From positions 2,108,001-2,172,000 of the forward strand of contig CAKKNE010000004.1 in NCBI GenBank assembly GCA_918797485.1: 64,000 nucleotides of DNA. The letters are read 5' to 3'. The position numbers were made by a program, and so were the translations under genes. A model generated the notes under the pieces. The model did no database searches. It was not told the DNA's origin and was given only the letters and a program-made list of their open reading frames with translations. Of this stretch, positions 11,043 to 21,298 are shown one piece after another (within the stretch, counting starts at the first letter, position 1; every line of letters begins with the position of its first letter). Source of the stretch: Pelagomonas calceolata. Taxonomy: Eukaryota.

Positions 11043-11133
11043 CCGTGCGAACGTCGAAACAACAACATCCCGCGCCTGGTCCGCGGAAGAGTGACGCACC
11101 GCCCGTGCGAACGTCGAACAACAACATCCCGCG
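11043..11133. repeat. Two ~31-bp direct repeats CCGTGCGAACGTCGAA(A)CAACAACATCCCGCG, 60 bp apart, in the TUTase 3' flank
   Basis: Directly visible at about 11043 and 11103. Confidence 0.8.
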
Positions 11134-11271
11134 AAGCCCACGGAGGTCTACGCGGAAGAAGACGCATCTATTATAAATAACGTTGTCTGGTAATTACTAG
11201 TTGCTTGCGCGACGGCGGCGTGCTCCACCACGCCGTCGACGCGACGCGTAAAGAGGGTGGCCCGCCGCACG

Positions 11272-12912
11272 TCAAGGCTGCGCGCCGTCGCCATCGTCGT
11301 CGGAGAACTCCAGCTTCCCGATGACGGCCCAGTCGGCCCGTGGCTTGCGGAGGTTCGGTTTCGGACCCGGGTCCGAAGCGTCCGAGTCCGGCGCGTACGT
11401 GTCGCAGATCTGATAATGTTCCGGTGACGGCGACGCCACAAGTGAAGTGCGCCTCTCGTCTCGGGCCGCCCGCCGCGCGGCCGCCACCGTCGCGCGTGCC
11501 AAAGCGGCCGCAACATCGCAGAGCGCGTCTCGAGCGGCCCCAGCCGCGGCGGGCGCCCTCGCCAATTGCTCCACGGCTTGCATACAGCGGGGAGCGGACG
11601 CGAGCGCCGCGCGTGCGTCGGACCCGCTGGCAACGCGACTCAGCACGGTCGCGAGGCGCTGCGCGCAGTCCGCCCGATTCAGCGCCGCGTGAGCGATGGT
11701 CTCGAAGCGCTCGTCGGCGACGAGCGACCTTGCCACCGTTGTCCGCGCCGCCCTAGCCCAGGCAGGCGTCTCCGACGTGATCTCCGTCGATGTTACAGAA
11801 GGTCCGCCGAGGGCCTGCTCGCAGGCGTCGCAGAGTAACAAAACGCGGCGGTGGGCCCTCGACCCGCGCTCGATCGCCTTGGCCAAAGCTCGAACAGATG
11901 CGCCACCCACTTTCAAGAGGCGGTCGCTCGCCGCCGACGAGGCCGACGCAGGCAGCGCCCGCAGTAGGACCGACGCGGCCTGGACGGCCTCGGACGCGGC
12001 ATCAACACCATCATCGCTGTCGTCGGCGTCGTCGCAGGCCCGTTTCAGCGCCTCGGGGACGCCGGCGTCGAGCAGCGCTTGTATGCTGGGAGCGTCGGCG
12101 GCGTCGTGGGCGCAGCGCTGTACCAGAGAACTGAGAGCACGGACCCTTCTAGACAAGGTAGAGGCGGCGCCGACCTCCGACGCGGTCGAGAGCGCCACGA
12201 GTGCCCCGAGGTCGTCGGACGCGTCTTCGTTCGACGGCGCCTGGCGCCCGAAGAGAGTCCTCTTGAACGTCGATAAGGCGTCCATAGCCGTCCGGTGCGC
12301 TCTGCCACAATCCCGCCGCAGCGCGTCCAGCGCAGCTAAGCACCGAGCGCCATCACCAACAGCCCTGTCGGCCTCCGCGACGACTGCGAGCGGCTGCAAC
12401 ACGTTCTGCTTGGGGGGCGGCACCCACGAAGCTCCAAGAGTCCTGCAGGATTCGGCAACAGATAAAGACACCGTCAGCGCCCCCAGCCCGTGCGGGTCCG
12501 CCGCAAGGCGCCAGCACGACAGCGACACTAGAGATGCTAAATCCTTCGGTGATAACCAAGAGCAAGCTCTAGCAATCTCGCGAGTCGGCACGTTTCGTAA
12601 AGCACCTGCCGACATGGACAGTCTGAGCGCCATGCGACAGTAGTCTGGGCCGTTCGACGGAGGCCGCCGTCGCCGCGCGTGGGCTTGGGCGACGTCGTCG
12701 ACCGAGGCTTCGGGGGCTCGGGCTCGGGCCGCCTGTGAATCCGCATCTCTCCAGAGCGCCTGCGCGCAGCTCTCGACGGCCTCGACGAGCGCGTCGCGTT
12801 CTTGCGCCGTAAAGGGCCCGCGCGCCTCCTGGACGGCCGCTGTCGCCTCCACTAAGGCGGCTTCTAAACGCGGCCTCTTCGGGGCTGGCGCGAGTGCGTG
12901 GTTGTCGGCCAT
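11272..12912 (-). CDS. Hypothetical protein with a possible F-box-like motif and ARM-like helical repeats
   Basis: Long ORF with host-like codon usage. LRNVPTREIARACSWLSPKDLASL resembles an F-box; IQALLDAGVPEALKR is ARM-like; PKRPRL is an NLS-like motif. Confidence 0.55.
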   Translation of the reverse strand: MADNHALAPAPKRPRLEAALVEATAAVQEARGPFTAQERDALVEAVESCAQALWRDADSQAARARAPEASVDDVAQAHARRRRPPSNGPDYCRMALRLSMSAGALRNVPTREIARACSWLSPKDLASLVSLSCWRLAADPHGLGALTVSLSVAESCRTLGASWVPPPKQNVLQPLAVVAEADRAVGDGARCLAALDALRRDCGRAHRTAMDALSTFKRTLFGRQAPSNEDASDDLGALVALSTASEVGAASTLSRRVRALSSLVQRCAHDAADAPSIQALLDAGVPEALKRACDDADDSDDGVDAASEAVQAASVLLRALPASASSAASDRLLKVGGASVRALAKAIERGSRAHRRVLLLCDACEQALGGPSVTSTEITSETPAWARAARTTVARSLVADERFETIAHAALNRADCAQRLATVLSRVASGSDARAALASAPRCMQAVEQLARAPAAAGAARDALCDVAAALARATVAAARRAARDERRTSLVASPSPEHYQICDTYAPDSDASDPGPKPNLRKPRADWAVIGKLEFSDDDGDGAQP

Positions 12913-13571
12913 GATTTTGAGTTGTGCGGGGCCCGCGGCGGCTCACGTGCTTGTTGAGCCCTGACGGAGGCGCGCGCTGGCTGTTAGTGGTCCGCGGCGG
13001 CTCACGGGATCGTTGCTGAGCCCTCAGGGAGGCGCGCGTCCGCTGATTCCAGCGATGCGGCACATTGTTCGGTTGTGCAGCTTGGTTTTGAATACGAATT
13101 TGCGCAGCCGAGCGGTCGGCGCGCGCGCGTTTTTTAGCGCGCAGGCCTATCTGCAGTCTAAATAGACTGCGCGAGGCCGGTCTCCGCGCACCGGTGATTG
13201 CGGTGCGCTGATTTACGGCCGCTGCTTGATGGCAAACCAAATGAGTGAATACCCGCACTATATCGAGCGGCCCTGAGGAGCAAACAACCTGTCAATTCGA
13301 CCTCTAAGAATCCTGCTTATACGCTTTCGGACGGCTTCCTCGCCATCTCGTTTGACAACCTTGGCGCCGGCGCGCATTTAGCTCTCTCAATTGCAGCGAC
13401 CTCCCACCGGAGCAAGCACCGAAGAAATCATCTCAAGAAACATCTACCAGCGCGTGCTGGCCACACCAGAACGCGCAGCGCCCAGAACGCACCGGAGAGC
13501 ACTCTCCCGAGGCCCCAGGCTCAGCAAGAGCAAAAGGCGTCGACACCCAGACGCGCAGCACCAAACAAGCC

Positions 13572-14693
13572 ATGGAAAACAAGGACTTCGTCAAGCTCAT
13601 CGAGGCCACGGGCTTCGGCAACGTAGCAAGAGAGCTCGGGCTGGTCGACGCGAACAACCTGCTCCCGGCGGCCTACGTCCAGCCGCCTCCCACTCCGAAA
13701 GCGCCGAAGGCCAAGGCCTCACCCCCGCCGCCGCCGCCCGAGACGCCGACGGCGCCGAAGCCACCACCTGTTGCTATCGATCCACCGGCGCGAAGACCCT
13801 CGAGCAGAGGCACTCGAGTGTCTCCCCGAGAGACCCGTCGATCTTCTAGGGCAGAAGCCCCGCCCTCGGAGACGAAGCGCCGGAGAACGGAGACGCCGAA
13901 AGTAGACGCTGATAAAAGAGGCTTACGGCATTTCTCGAGGAGAGTATGTGCGAAGGTCGAAGAACGCGGCGTGACGACCTACAACGAGGTCGCCGACGAC
14001 CTCGTGCAGGAGTTCACGTCACTGCGAGGCAACGGCGCGTCCTTCGACGAGAAGAACATCCGGCGACGCGTTTATGATGCTCTTAATGTCTTGATGGCCA
14101 TGGGTATTATTAGCAAGGAGAAAAAAGAAATAAGATGGTGCGGCCTGCCGTCGAAACAAGAATCCATGCGCGAGGACGCTCGGCGACGAAGGGATCGCGC
14201 CGCGGTGGACGTGCGGAGAAAACGGCGACATCTGCAAGAGCTATTAACTCAACATGCATCTTTACAAAACTTAGCGAAGCTGAATAAGAGAAGGGGTCTC
14301 GAGGCGAAGAATTCAAAAGATCTGATGGACGAGGATGGTGGGGATGCCGAGGCGAACGCGACGCTCGCTCTGCCGTTCATCGTCGTGGCGACGCCCGCGT
14401 CGACCACGGTCCGGTGCGAAGTCACGGACGATCGTCGTGAAGTCTTCTTCGACTTCTCGGCGCCCTTCGAGATCCGGGACGACGGTGACGTGTTGCGGGG
14501 GTTGGGGCTGCATCGCGGCATGCCGAATATACAGAGGGCGCCGCCCAAACTACCTTCCTTGTCGGAGGACGACGCTTCGGAGAAACCCACGCCTCTAAAA
14601 GCCGACGCCAAGGTCGAGGAGATCCGGGCCGCGTATCGGCGAGAACAGGAGGAGGCGCGGCGGCTCGCGGCGGCGAAGGCGGGGGCGTCCTAG
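13572..14693 (+). CDS. TFDP: Transcription factor DP (E2F dimerisation partner)
   Basis: GLRHFSRRVCAKVEERGVTTYNEVADDLV, DEKNIRRRVYDALNVLMAMGIISKEKKEIRWCGLP, LPFIVV and FDFSAPFEIRDD. Confidence 0.95.
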   Translation: MENKDFVKLIEATGFGNVARELGLVDANNLLPAAYVQPPPTPKAPKAKASPPPPPPETPTAPKPPPVAIDPPARRPSSRGTRVSPRETRRSSRAEAPPSETKRRRTETPKVDADKRGLRHFSRRVCAKVEERGVTTYNEVADDLVQEFTSLRGNGASFDEKNIRRRVYDALNVLMAMGIISKEKKEIRWCGLPSKQESMREDARRRRDRAAVDVRRKRRHLQELLTQHASLQNLAKLNKRRGLEAKNSKDLMDEDGGDAEANATLALPFIVVATPASTTVRCEVTDDRREVFFDFSAPFEIRDDGDVLRGLGLHRGMPNIQRAPPKLPSLSEDDASEKPTPLKADAKVEEIRAAYRREQEEARRLAAAKAGAS

Positions 14694-14953
14694 TCGGCGT
14701 AAGAAGCGGGTACATAGGTCATCTTTCGCGTCGATGGCGTATTGGGGGTTCGGGTTTCTAGTCGCGCGCCCCCTAGGCGCTCCCGCTCCCCCGGGACCGA
14801 TCCGTATCGGACTGTACGGGTTTTTCTCAGCTCGATATTCGCAAAATTTGGCTCGTCCTGCCTCGTCAAGACACATTGGCATTTGCCAGGCTCCGTTCGA
14901 TCGCCCTGGCGAGATGTCACCCCAAAAGTAGCATTAGTTGACGTCCAGAACTG

Positions 14954-15927
14954 ATGAAACTCATCCTGCTTGCTTCATGTGCTAGTGCACTCGTCGTCCC
15001 GCCGCCGGTCGCGCAACGACGGCGGGATCTGCCCGTCGCGAAAGGATTCTACGACGAGGACGACGAACACGACGAGGCGCCGCGCCCTTGGGAGGTCGGC
15101 GGCGTGCGCCTCGAGCGGCTCGTCACGATGACCGGCGTCGGCGCCGCAGCCTACACGACGTACATACTGGGCTCCGAGGCGCTGGACGCGACGATGGTCA
15201 AGCAGCTCGGCATCTCTCGATCGGAGTCCGTCGCGGCGTTCGGGCCCTTCGCGACGCTGCTCGGTTTGGTGTACTCGACGATCCTCTCGAATATCTATTC
15301 GTTTTACCTGTCGCGCCAGGAATTGATTCTATCGAACCTCTTCGCGGAGGCCTACGCGGTCCGGGACCTCTACGAGCTGAGCGGCGCGATCGGCAACCAC
15401 TCGGTCTCGACGACGCTCGCGCTGCAGGCGCATGCGCTCAATCTACGAGATACTGGCTTTGTTCCATGCGCCGACGATGGCCAAGAGGTCCTCGGAGACC
15501 TCGTCGGCGTGGTCGCGGAATTGGAGGCAGTAGCAGCCGTCGAGGCGCCGGTACCGACTCAGTGTCTGCTCGACGCCGTCGCCGCGACACGCACCCCACG
15601 CAGGAGCTCGGGAAATACTTCTCCTCAGCCTACGGGCGCGTCGCGGCCGCGCGCGTCGCGCGTGCGGCGAGCCTCGCGACGACGCTTCCGAGGATTTTCG
15701 ACCTTTCTTTTAAGGCCATCTCGACGATTGTGCTCGCCTCCTTCTTATTGGTCGACCTGGGAAGCCCTCAGTTCGAGGCGATCTTGTTCGCAGTCCTCGC
15801 GTGCTCCTTCTACCTCCTCGAGAGCTTCGTCGACGACCTCGAGGACCCGTTTGGCGGCAGCTGGACCGTCGACGCGGCGCTTGACGCGTGCGACGAGTTG
15901 GTTGACGCGCTCGCCGTAGAAGAATAA
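14954..15927 (+). CDS. Plastid-targeted DUF4239/bestrophin-like membrane protein; exons 14954-15550 and 15604-15927
   Basis: Signal peptide MKLILLASCASA-LV. Motifs LLGLVYSTIL...LFAEAYA and C-terminal DDLEDPFGGSWTV. A 53-bp GTACCG...CGCAG intron (15551-15603) joins two ORF-track frames. Confidence 0.7.
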
Positions 15928-15939
15928 CACATTAATCAA

Positions 15940-17307
15940 TCAAACAAAAGGGAGCAATTTGGGCGCCACAAGCATGGCCAGCAGCGCCCCGCCCGGCAGC
16001 GCCGCGTGGCGCACGAGCGACGCGCGGATCAGCGAATCCCGCGTCTGGCGCAGCGCGAGCGCCTCGAAGTACGCGTCCAACGCCTCTACTTCGACGCGCA
16101 CGACGCCGACGCCGCCCCCCACAAATGCCAGACCGAGGTCGCCGAGCAGATCTTCCACGCCGCGCCGCAGTGCCTGTGTGCAAATAAATCCATCAGTGAG
16201 TCGCGTCGATGGCGTGGAGGTCATGATTCGGCAGACGCGCCGCGACAATTTGATTCACGCACTGCGCAGCGCCCCGCGGTCCTTGAGTTTGTGGCGCCAC
16301 CGTCGCGGCGGCGAGTGCACGCGCGGCGCGCCGCACCGCACGACGAGCGGCTCCAGCGCGGCGCCGGCGAAGGCCGCCTCGCCCCGTCTCCGCAACGCCA
16401 GCAGCACGGCCCGTCGCGCGTCGGGCACCGTCATGCGCCGGGCGTCGAGGACGTCGTCCGTTTCGACGTCTTCTTCCCCAAGATGGGCGTCGCCGGCCGC
16501 CGACGAGCCGCTCAGCAGCGAAGAGAGCACGGACCGCGTCCGCGCCGGCAGCGCGCCGGGGAACAATGTGGCGGCCGCCTCGACGGCGCCGTCGACGTCG
16601 CCGCAGTTCGCGTGGGCTCTTACTAAAGCGTTGCGCAGCACCTCGCGCGCCGCGCCGTCTTCACCCTTCGCCGTATCGACGAGGCGCCGCACGGCGTCGA
16701 CGTCGCCCTTCCTGGCCAGGCGCTGCGCCGCGTAGGCGTACGTCCAGTCGTCCCAGGCGTCCATGCCTTCCAGTATAATCGCACCTTCGTCGAAGTCGTC
16801 GGCCGCGTTCGCCGCCCGCAGCGCGGCGTTGCGCAGCCGCGTGTCTCCGTCCTGACCGAACCGGCGGAAGAGGTCGAGCCCATCTGATGGCGCACCGGCT
16901 GCTACACACGCGTTGATCGCCGCCGTGACGTCGCGCGATTCCGGTTGCATTCGTTGCCGCGCCATCTCCGTTAACGCGAGCCGCGCCATGCGCGGGATGC
17001 GGCTCCCTCTGATAGTATGCGTCGTGGCCCGGCGGTTCAGGGCCTTCAATACAGTAAACCAGGCGCGCCGGTCCACGCGACTCGCCTTCGCGCGGTCCAG
17101 CGCTTTCGCGACGTCGCCGCCCTCGGCGAGGCGGCGGACCTCGTCCGAGGCCCAATTGGCCTTGCGTGCTGGCGATGGGGTGGCGCCGCTTTTGCTGGTC
17201 CGCGCCGTCGCGAGGCCGCGCCATCGGGCGTGCGGCGGGGCGACTGCTCGCGACGCGAGGAGCTGGTGCTGTCGCGCCGCACATGCCGCTCTGCGAGTCA
17301 GCAGCAT
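15940..17307 (-). CDS. PPR-SMR-like protein (degenerate PPR repeats plus C-terminal Smr domain), probable mitochondrial presequence; exons 17307-16273 and 16173-15940
   Basis: PPR-like repeats: DVTAAINACVAAG, RNAALRAANAAD, RNALVRAHANCGDVDGA. Smr-like: VLDARRMTVPDARRAV...LVVRCG...ALRRGVEDLL...GVVRV, completed only after removing the introner at 16174-16272. Confidence 0.7.
16174..16272 (-). mobile_element. Introner-like element (99-bp GC-AG intron), an internally deleted relative of the 41540 element
   Basis: 8-bp TSD with one mismatch (GCGCTGCG/GCACTGCG on the minus strand). Degenerate TIRs end in CACACAG. 20 bp (CCTCCACGCCATCGACGCGA) are identical to 41600-41619. Removal deletes an in-frame stop. 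Confidence 0.8.
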
Positions 17308-17800
17308 CGTGGTCGAGCCGTCGTCGCGTTCCGCCTTGGGAGAGCACCTAGCTTGAGAGAGCTGGAGCGCTGCTCGGCCGATTTGGGGCTGCAGGACTGG
17401 CGCAAGCGGTACGGCTGGATACGTTCGAGTCCTCAGCGTTCTCAGGCCTTCGTTTGTCCCCTCCAACCAGCCACGCTCGGCCGTGGTGAAAACTAGTGTG
17501 TCGACACCTAGGTTTTTCGTCGACAAACTTGCCGTGCGAGCCCCCAACAGAGGTGCATTTGACGGTCGCGTGGCGCACTGGTCGCGCTACTGCTCAGCAC
17601 AGTAAGTGCCGCCTGCGGCTACGCGTTTAATCCACAACTGCAGCACTCCACACACCGAGCGATATTGCTGCACGCGCACGCGCGAAGGCATAGCTGGTAC
17701 CGTCGCCGCCGCATCGAGCGACATCGCTGCGGCACGCTGCTCGCTGTGCGAGCAGCACACGAACGAACATAAAACTGCGGACGCTGCACGCTGCACCGCG

Positions 17801-18412
17801 ATGGCCACCGACAAAAAGAAGAAGGAGAAGAAGAAGCTGCCCAAGAAGCGCTCGAGTAAGGCACCGAAAGTCGCCCTCGCTGATAGTGATGACGAGGGCC
17901 CGCCCGTCCCGACGAAGAAGCAGTCGGCGCTCAAGGGCTCGCTAGCCGAGAAGATGATGCAAAGTATGGGCTGGAAGGAGGGCGAGGGCCTGGGCAAGAA
18001 CAAGCAGGGCATCACGGACCACGTCGCTGTGGTGAAGAGGAGAGAAAACGAGGGTCTTGGCGCGGAGCACGCGCGCGATAGTGGCGGCAACGCGGCCTTC
18101 GGCGCGACGAGCGCGGGGTTTGCTGCTGCGTTATCCGCGCTGTCGTCGAAGTACGGCGGCGATGATGCGGAGGAGGCGGAGGCGCCGCCGCCGCCGCGCA
18201 AGGCGGGGGGGCGCTTCATCGCGAAGCGCGCGCACCACAAGAAGAAGGACGTGCGGACCGTGTCTGGCGATGACATGAGGGCTATCCTCGGCGGGAGTTC
18301 GCCGACGAAGAAGCGTCCCGTTGAGGAGGACGCTGAATCGCGGCGCGCGCGGAAGGAGGAGAAGCGGCGGAAGAAGGCGGCGAAGAAGGCTAGGAAAGAG
18401 GGTAAGGCGTGA
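17801..18412 (+). CDS. G-patch domain protein (PinX1/Pxr1-like), Lys-rich
   Basis: AEKMMQSMGWKEGEGLGKNKQGITDHV...EGLGA G-patch; Lys-rich tail. Confidence 0.85.
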   Translation: MATDKKKKEKKKLPKKRSSKAPKVALADSDDEGPPVPTKKQSALKGSLAEKMMQSMGWKEGEGLGKNKQGITDHVAVVKRRENEGLGAEHARDSGGNAAFGATSAGFAAALSALSSKYGGDDAEEAEAPPPPRKAGGRFIAKRAHHKKKDVRTVSGDDMRAILGGSSPTKKRPVEEDAESRRARKEEKRRKKAAKKARKEGKA

Positions 18413-18726
18413 TGTGTTAGTTTCCTGGGGAGTGCGGCGGGCGGCGCCTGCCTGGAAATCCTGTCTCTCTATCTACTCTCTATCCCGTCTCATGTGGCGC
18501 GCCGTGCGCGGGCGCGCGTTACTGGGCGGAGGCGGTTTGAGTTGAGGCCCACAGGGCGCTTCCTGGCTTCCTTACCATCCACAAGCGTTCACTTTCCGAT
18601 CCATTTCCTAGTGTGTTATAGCTACCTAATCAACGGCTCAGGCGAAAGAAAGTTTGACCGACCCAACACGGAAAAAGGCCGTAGCGCCTTCCGCAAGTAG
18701 AGGGGGGGTGACAGAGGCCGTGCAGA

Positions 18727-19578
18727 ATGCTGTACGCCGCCAGCGCGCGGCGCCGCAGCGTCTGCCGCGGCTTTGTTTTAAATTTACTGGCGTTATCCGC
18801 CTGTGCCTACACGGCCACGGCGCCGCGGCCAGTCCGCGCGCCCGTCGCGCCCGATTCGGTGGATGGCTGGGCCGTCACGCCGAAACGCAGCACGTGGCAG
18901 GGCCGGGAGCTCATGTGTCTGGTGGTGAGCGACGACCCGAGCGTCGACAACCTCCACAGCGTCGCCCACCCGGACCACCCGCGCTATAGGGCGTTCGAGG
19001 AGCTCGAGGATCCCCACGGCGCGCTCGGCGTCTGGCCGTCGGCCTATGCCGCGTGCGCTGCGCTCGAAAGGATCGCGTCGGAGCGCAAGAGGCCGCCGAC
19101 GGTGCTCGAGCTCGGCTGCGGCGCGGGCCTGCCGTCGTTGTACGCGTCGATCGTCCTCGAGTCGCCGCGCGTCGTGGCCACCGACGTCGAGGCCGTGCCG
19201 CTCGCGTTTTTGAAGGCGGCCCGGAGCGCGCACGCGCCCGTCGACGCGGGGTCGTTCGCGACGGCCGTCCTGGACGTCACCTACGCGGCCGTCGATGATA
19301 TAAGGGGCTTCGACGTCGTCGTGTGCGCGGACATGTTGTATGACACGGACGTCGCCACCGCCTTAGGAGCGCTGCTCGGCGCGGCGGCCTGCGGCGCCGG
19401 CGCGCCGGAGTTCGTCGTCTGCGACCCGGGCCGCCGCGGCCGCGACCACTTCCTCGACGCGTTCGGCGCGGCGTCGGGCCTCTCGCCGATGTTCGTGGAC
19501 CAGGCCGTGCCCGACGGCTGCGTCGACGTCTTCGACGGCACGCCGATAGGGGCCGTCGGCGTCCTCGCGGCGCGCTGA
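18727..19578 (+). CDS. Seven-beta-strand protein methyltransferase (Methyltransf_16/METTL21-like)
   Basis: GVWPSA, VLELGCGAGLPSL, VVATD, FDVVVCADMLYD and DPGRRG. Confidence 0.85.
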   Translation: MLYAASARRRSVCRGFVLNLLALSACAYTATAPRPVRAPVAPDSVDGWAVTPKRSTWQGRELMCLVVSDDPSVDNLHSVAHPDHPRYRAFEELEDPHGALGVWPSAYAACAALERIASERKRPPTVLELGCGAGLPSLYASIVLESPRVVATDVEAVPLAFLKAARSAHAPVDAGSFATAVLDVTYAAVDDIRGFDVVVCADMLYDTDVATALGALLGAAACGAGAPEFVVCDPGRRGRDHFLDAFGAASGLSPMFVDQAVPDGCVDVFDGTPIGAVGVLAAR

Positions 19579-19715
19579 AAATTCGTTCTCCTCTGATTCC
19601 CCCATGACTGTCTATGCTCCCGCCCCTGTGTTGTCCCCCGTCGTCCTGTCCATAACCTGAACATACAAGATACTACATTAGTTCGACGGGCTACTCGCCC
19701 GTCGCGGCCGGAGCG

Positions 19716-21032
19716 CTAATAGCCCCCCCCACCGCCCGGGGAGCTACTCGCCCGTCGCGGCCGGAGCACGAGCGCACAGACAGCTACTACGCCTGCCATC
19801 AATGCGAAAACGAGGAAGGCGGCGGCGTCGCTCTCCGCGGTCCTCGCGAGCGGTGGTGCGAAGAAGGTCGCCAACATAGCCGCGACGCGGCACACGCCAA
19901 ACGCCGTGGCCCGGACCTCGGCGGGGAAGCGCTCCGTCGTCATCGCGTAGATCTGCTGAAACATTCCCGCCGTGCAGAATTTCCCGAAGATGCCCACGCC
20001 CGCCGGCGCTTTTAGGGCGACGAGCACGAGGCTCACGCCCGCTAGACAAGAGAACAGGACCATCACGGGCTCCGTACCTCCGAGCTTCGTGAGGTAGCCC
20101 GCGGCGAAGTATCCCGGCACGTCCGCGACGTTCAGCAGCACGAAGTTCAGCACGACGCGCTTCGACAGCGCGCCCGCCGAGTAGGCCAGGCCGTAATACG
20201 ACGCCGACACGCAGGCCCAGCTGAGGATCAGCGGCACGAGCGGCCGCCGATGCTCGTGCCACAATCGCGCGAGGGGCGAGCGCGAGCGCGGCGCCTCGAG
20301 CGGCTCGGCCGGCGCGACGGCGTCGGCAGCGGCGACGTCGGGGTCGAGGTGTCCCACGATCCCGTAGACTTCGGGCTCGCGCTGCGGCGGCGGCGCCGCG
20401 CGCGTCGCGAGGAATTCCGGCGACTCCGGTACGGATACACGCGCGACGGCCGCGGCGACGAGCGGAAACGCCGCGAGGCCCAGAGCTTCGACGCGCCAGG
20501 ACAGGCGCCTTGTCACGACGTGCCACGCCGCGATGAGGAGCGGGCCCAGCACCCACAGCACGTTCATCGCCGTGGTCGCGCGCGTGCGCGCTTTGTGGGG
20601 AGTCAACTCCATCGCCCACGAGAACGCCGTCGGCGCCGTGCCACCGCTGACCGCGCCACCTATCACGCGCATGGCGACGTAGAGCAGAGCACCCTGTCGT
20701 GGCGCCGCGGCACCGACGGCGATGCAAATGCCGCAGCCGAGGGTCGTCCAGAAGGCGACGGGCCGCCGGCCGAAGCGGTCAGCTGCACTTGAGCCGACGA
20801 TGGCGCCCGGCGCGCTCGCGACGAACATGAGTCCCGACGCCAGCGTCAATGCGCCCGGCGCCCAGCCCGTCGCAGCCAGCACGCGCGCATCGGCCAGCGC
20901 TGGTGCCACCACTAATGCCGTCGGCGCGGTGTACACGCCAGCGCAGGCTGTGACGCGGGCCCAGGGCACACTGTCTGCCTGGTCTACTCTGCTGGCCGCA
21001 TCGCTGCCGGCCGCATCGCCGTCGGACTGCAT
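19716..21032 (-). CDS. Major facilitator superfamily transporter (SLC22/SVOP-like)
   Basis: ADRFGRRP (MFS motif A), MELTPHKART, VPESPEFL and TERFPAEVRATAFG; about 12 hydrophobic segments. Confidence 0.9.
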   Translation of the reverse strand: MQSDGDAAGSDAASRVDQADSVPWARVTACAGVYTAPTALVVAPALADARVLAATGWAPGALTLASGLMFVASAPGAIVGSSAADRFGRRPVAFWTTLGCGICIAVGAAAPRQGALLYVAMRVIGGAVSGGTAPTAFSWAMELTPHKARTRATTAMNVLWVLGPLLIAAWHVVTRRLSWRVEALGLAAFPLVAAAVARVSVPESPEFLATRAAPPPQREPEVYGIVGHLDPDVAAADAVAPAEPLEAPRSRSPLARLWHEHRRPLVPLILSWACVSASYYGLAYSAGALSKRVVLNFVLLNVADVPGYFAAGYLTKLGGTEPVMVLFSCLAGVSLVLVALKAPAGVGIFGKFCTAGMFQQIYAMTTERFPAEVRATAFGVCRVAAMLATFFAPPLARTAESDAAAFLVFALMAGVVAVCALVLRPRRASSSPGGGGGY

Positions 21033-21298
21033 GCTGCCTAGTCAGCGATCAAATTTAGAGGCTGGCATGCACTGCGGGCCCGTTTTTTGCATCGATGCGC
21101 TCTAGCAGCGGTAAAACAGAGGAGTGAGACCTAGTGTAGCGACACACTAGCTCTGTTAGACTCGAGCGCGGCGGAGGCCTGCACACAGACATTCGTCCGC
21201 CAGGCATCTAGCTGGTGCGCCGCAAGACCCAGAAAAGCAGTGCTCCGCGACGCATTCGTGCGGCTGCCCCCGGCTGCCCCCAAAGACATTATGGGAAA

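Noticed and set aside
11043..11133. Repeat-spacer-repeat resembling a mini CRISPR array
   Set aside because: Only two copies, eukaryotic context and no cas genes; a simple local duplication is more likely.
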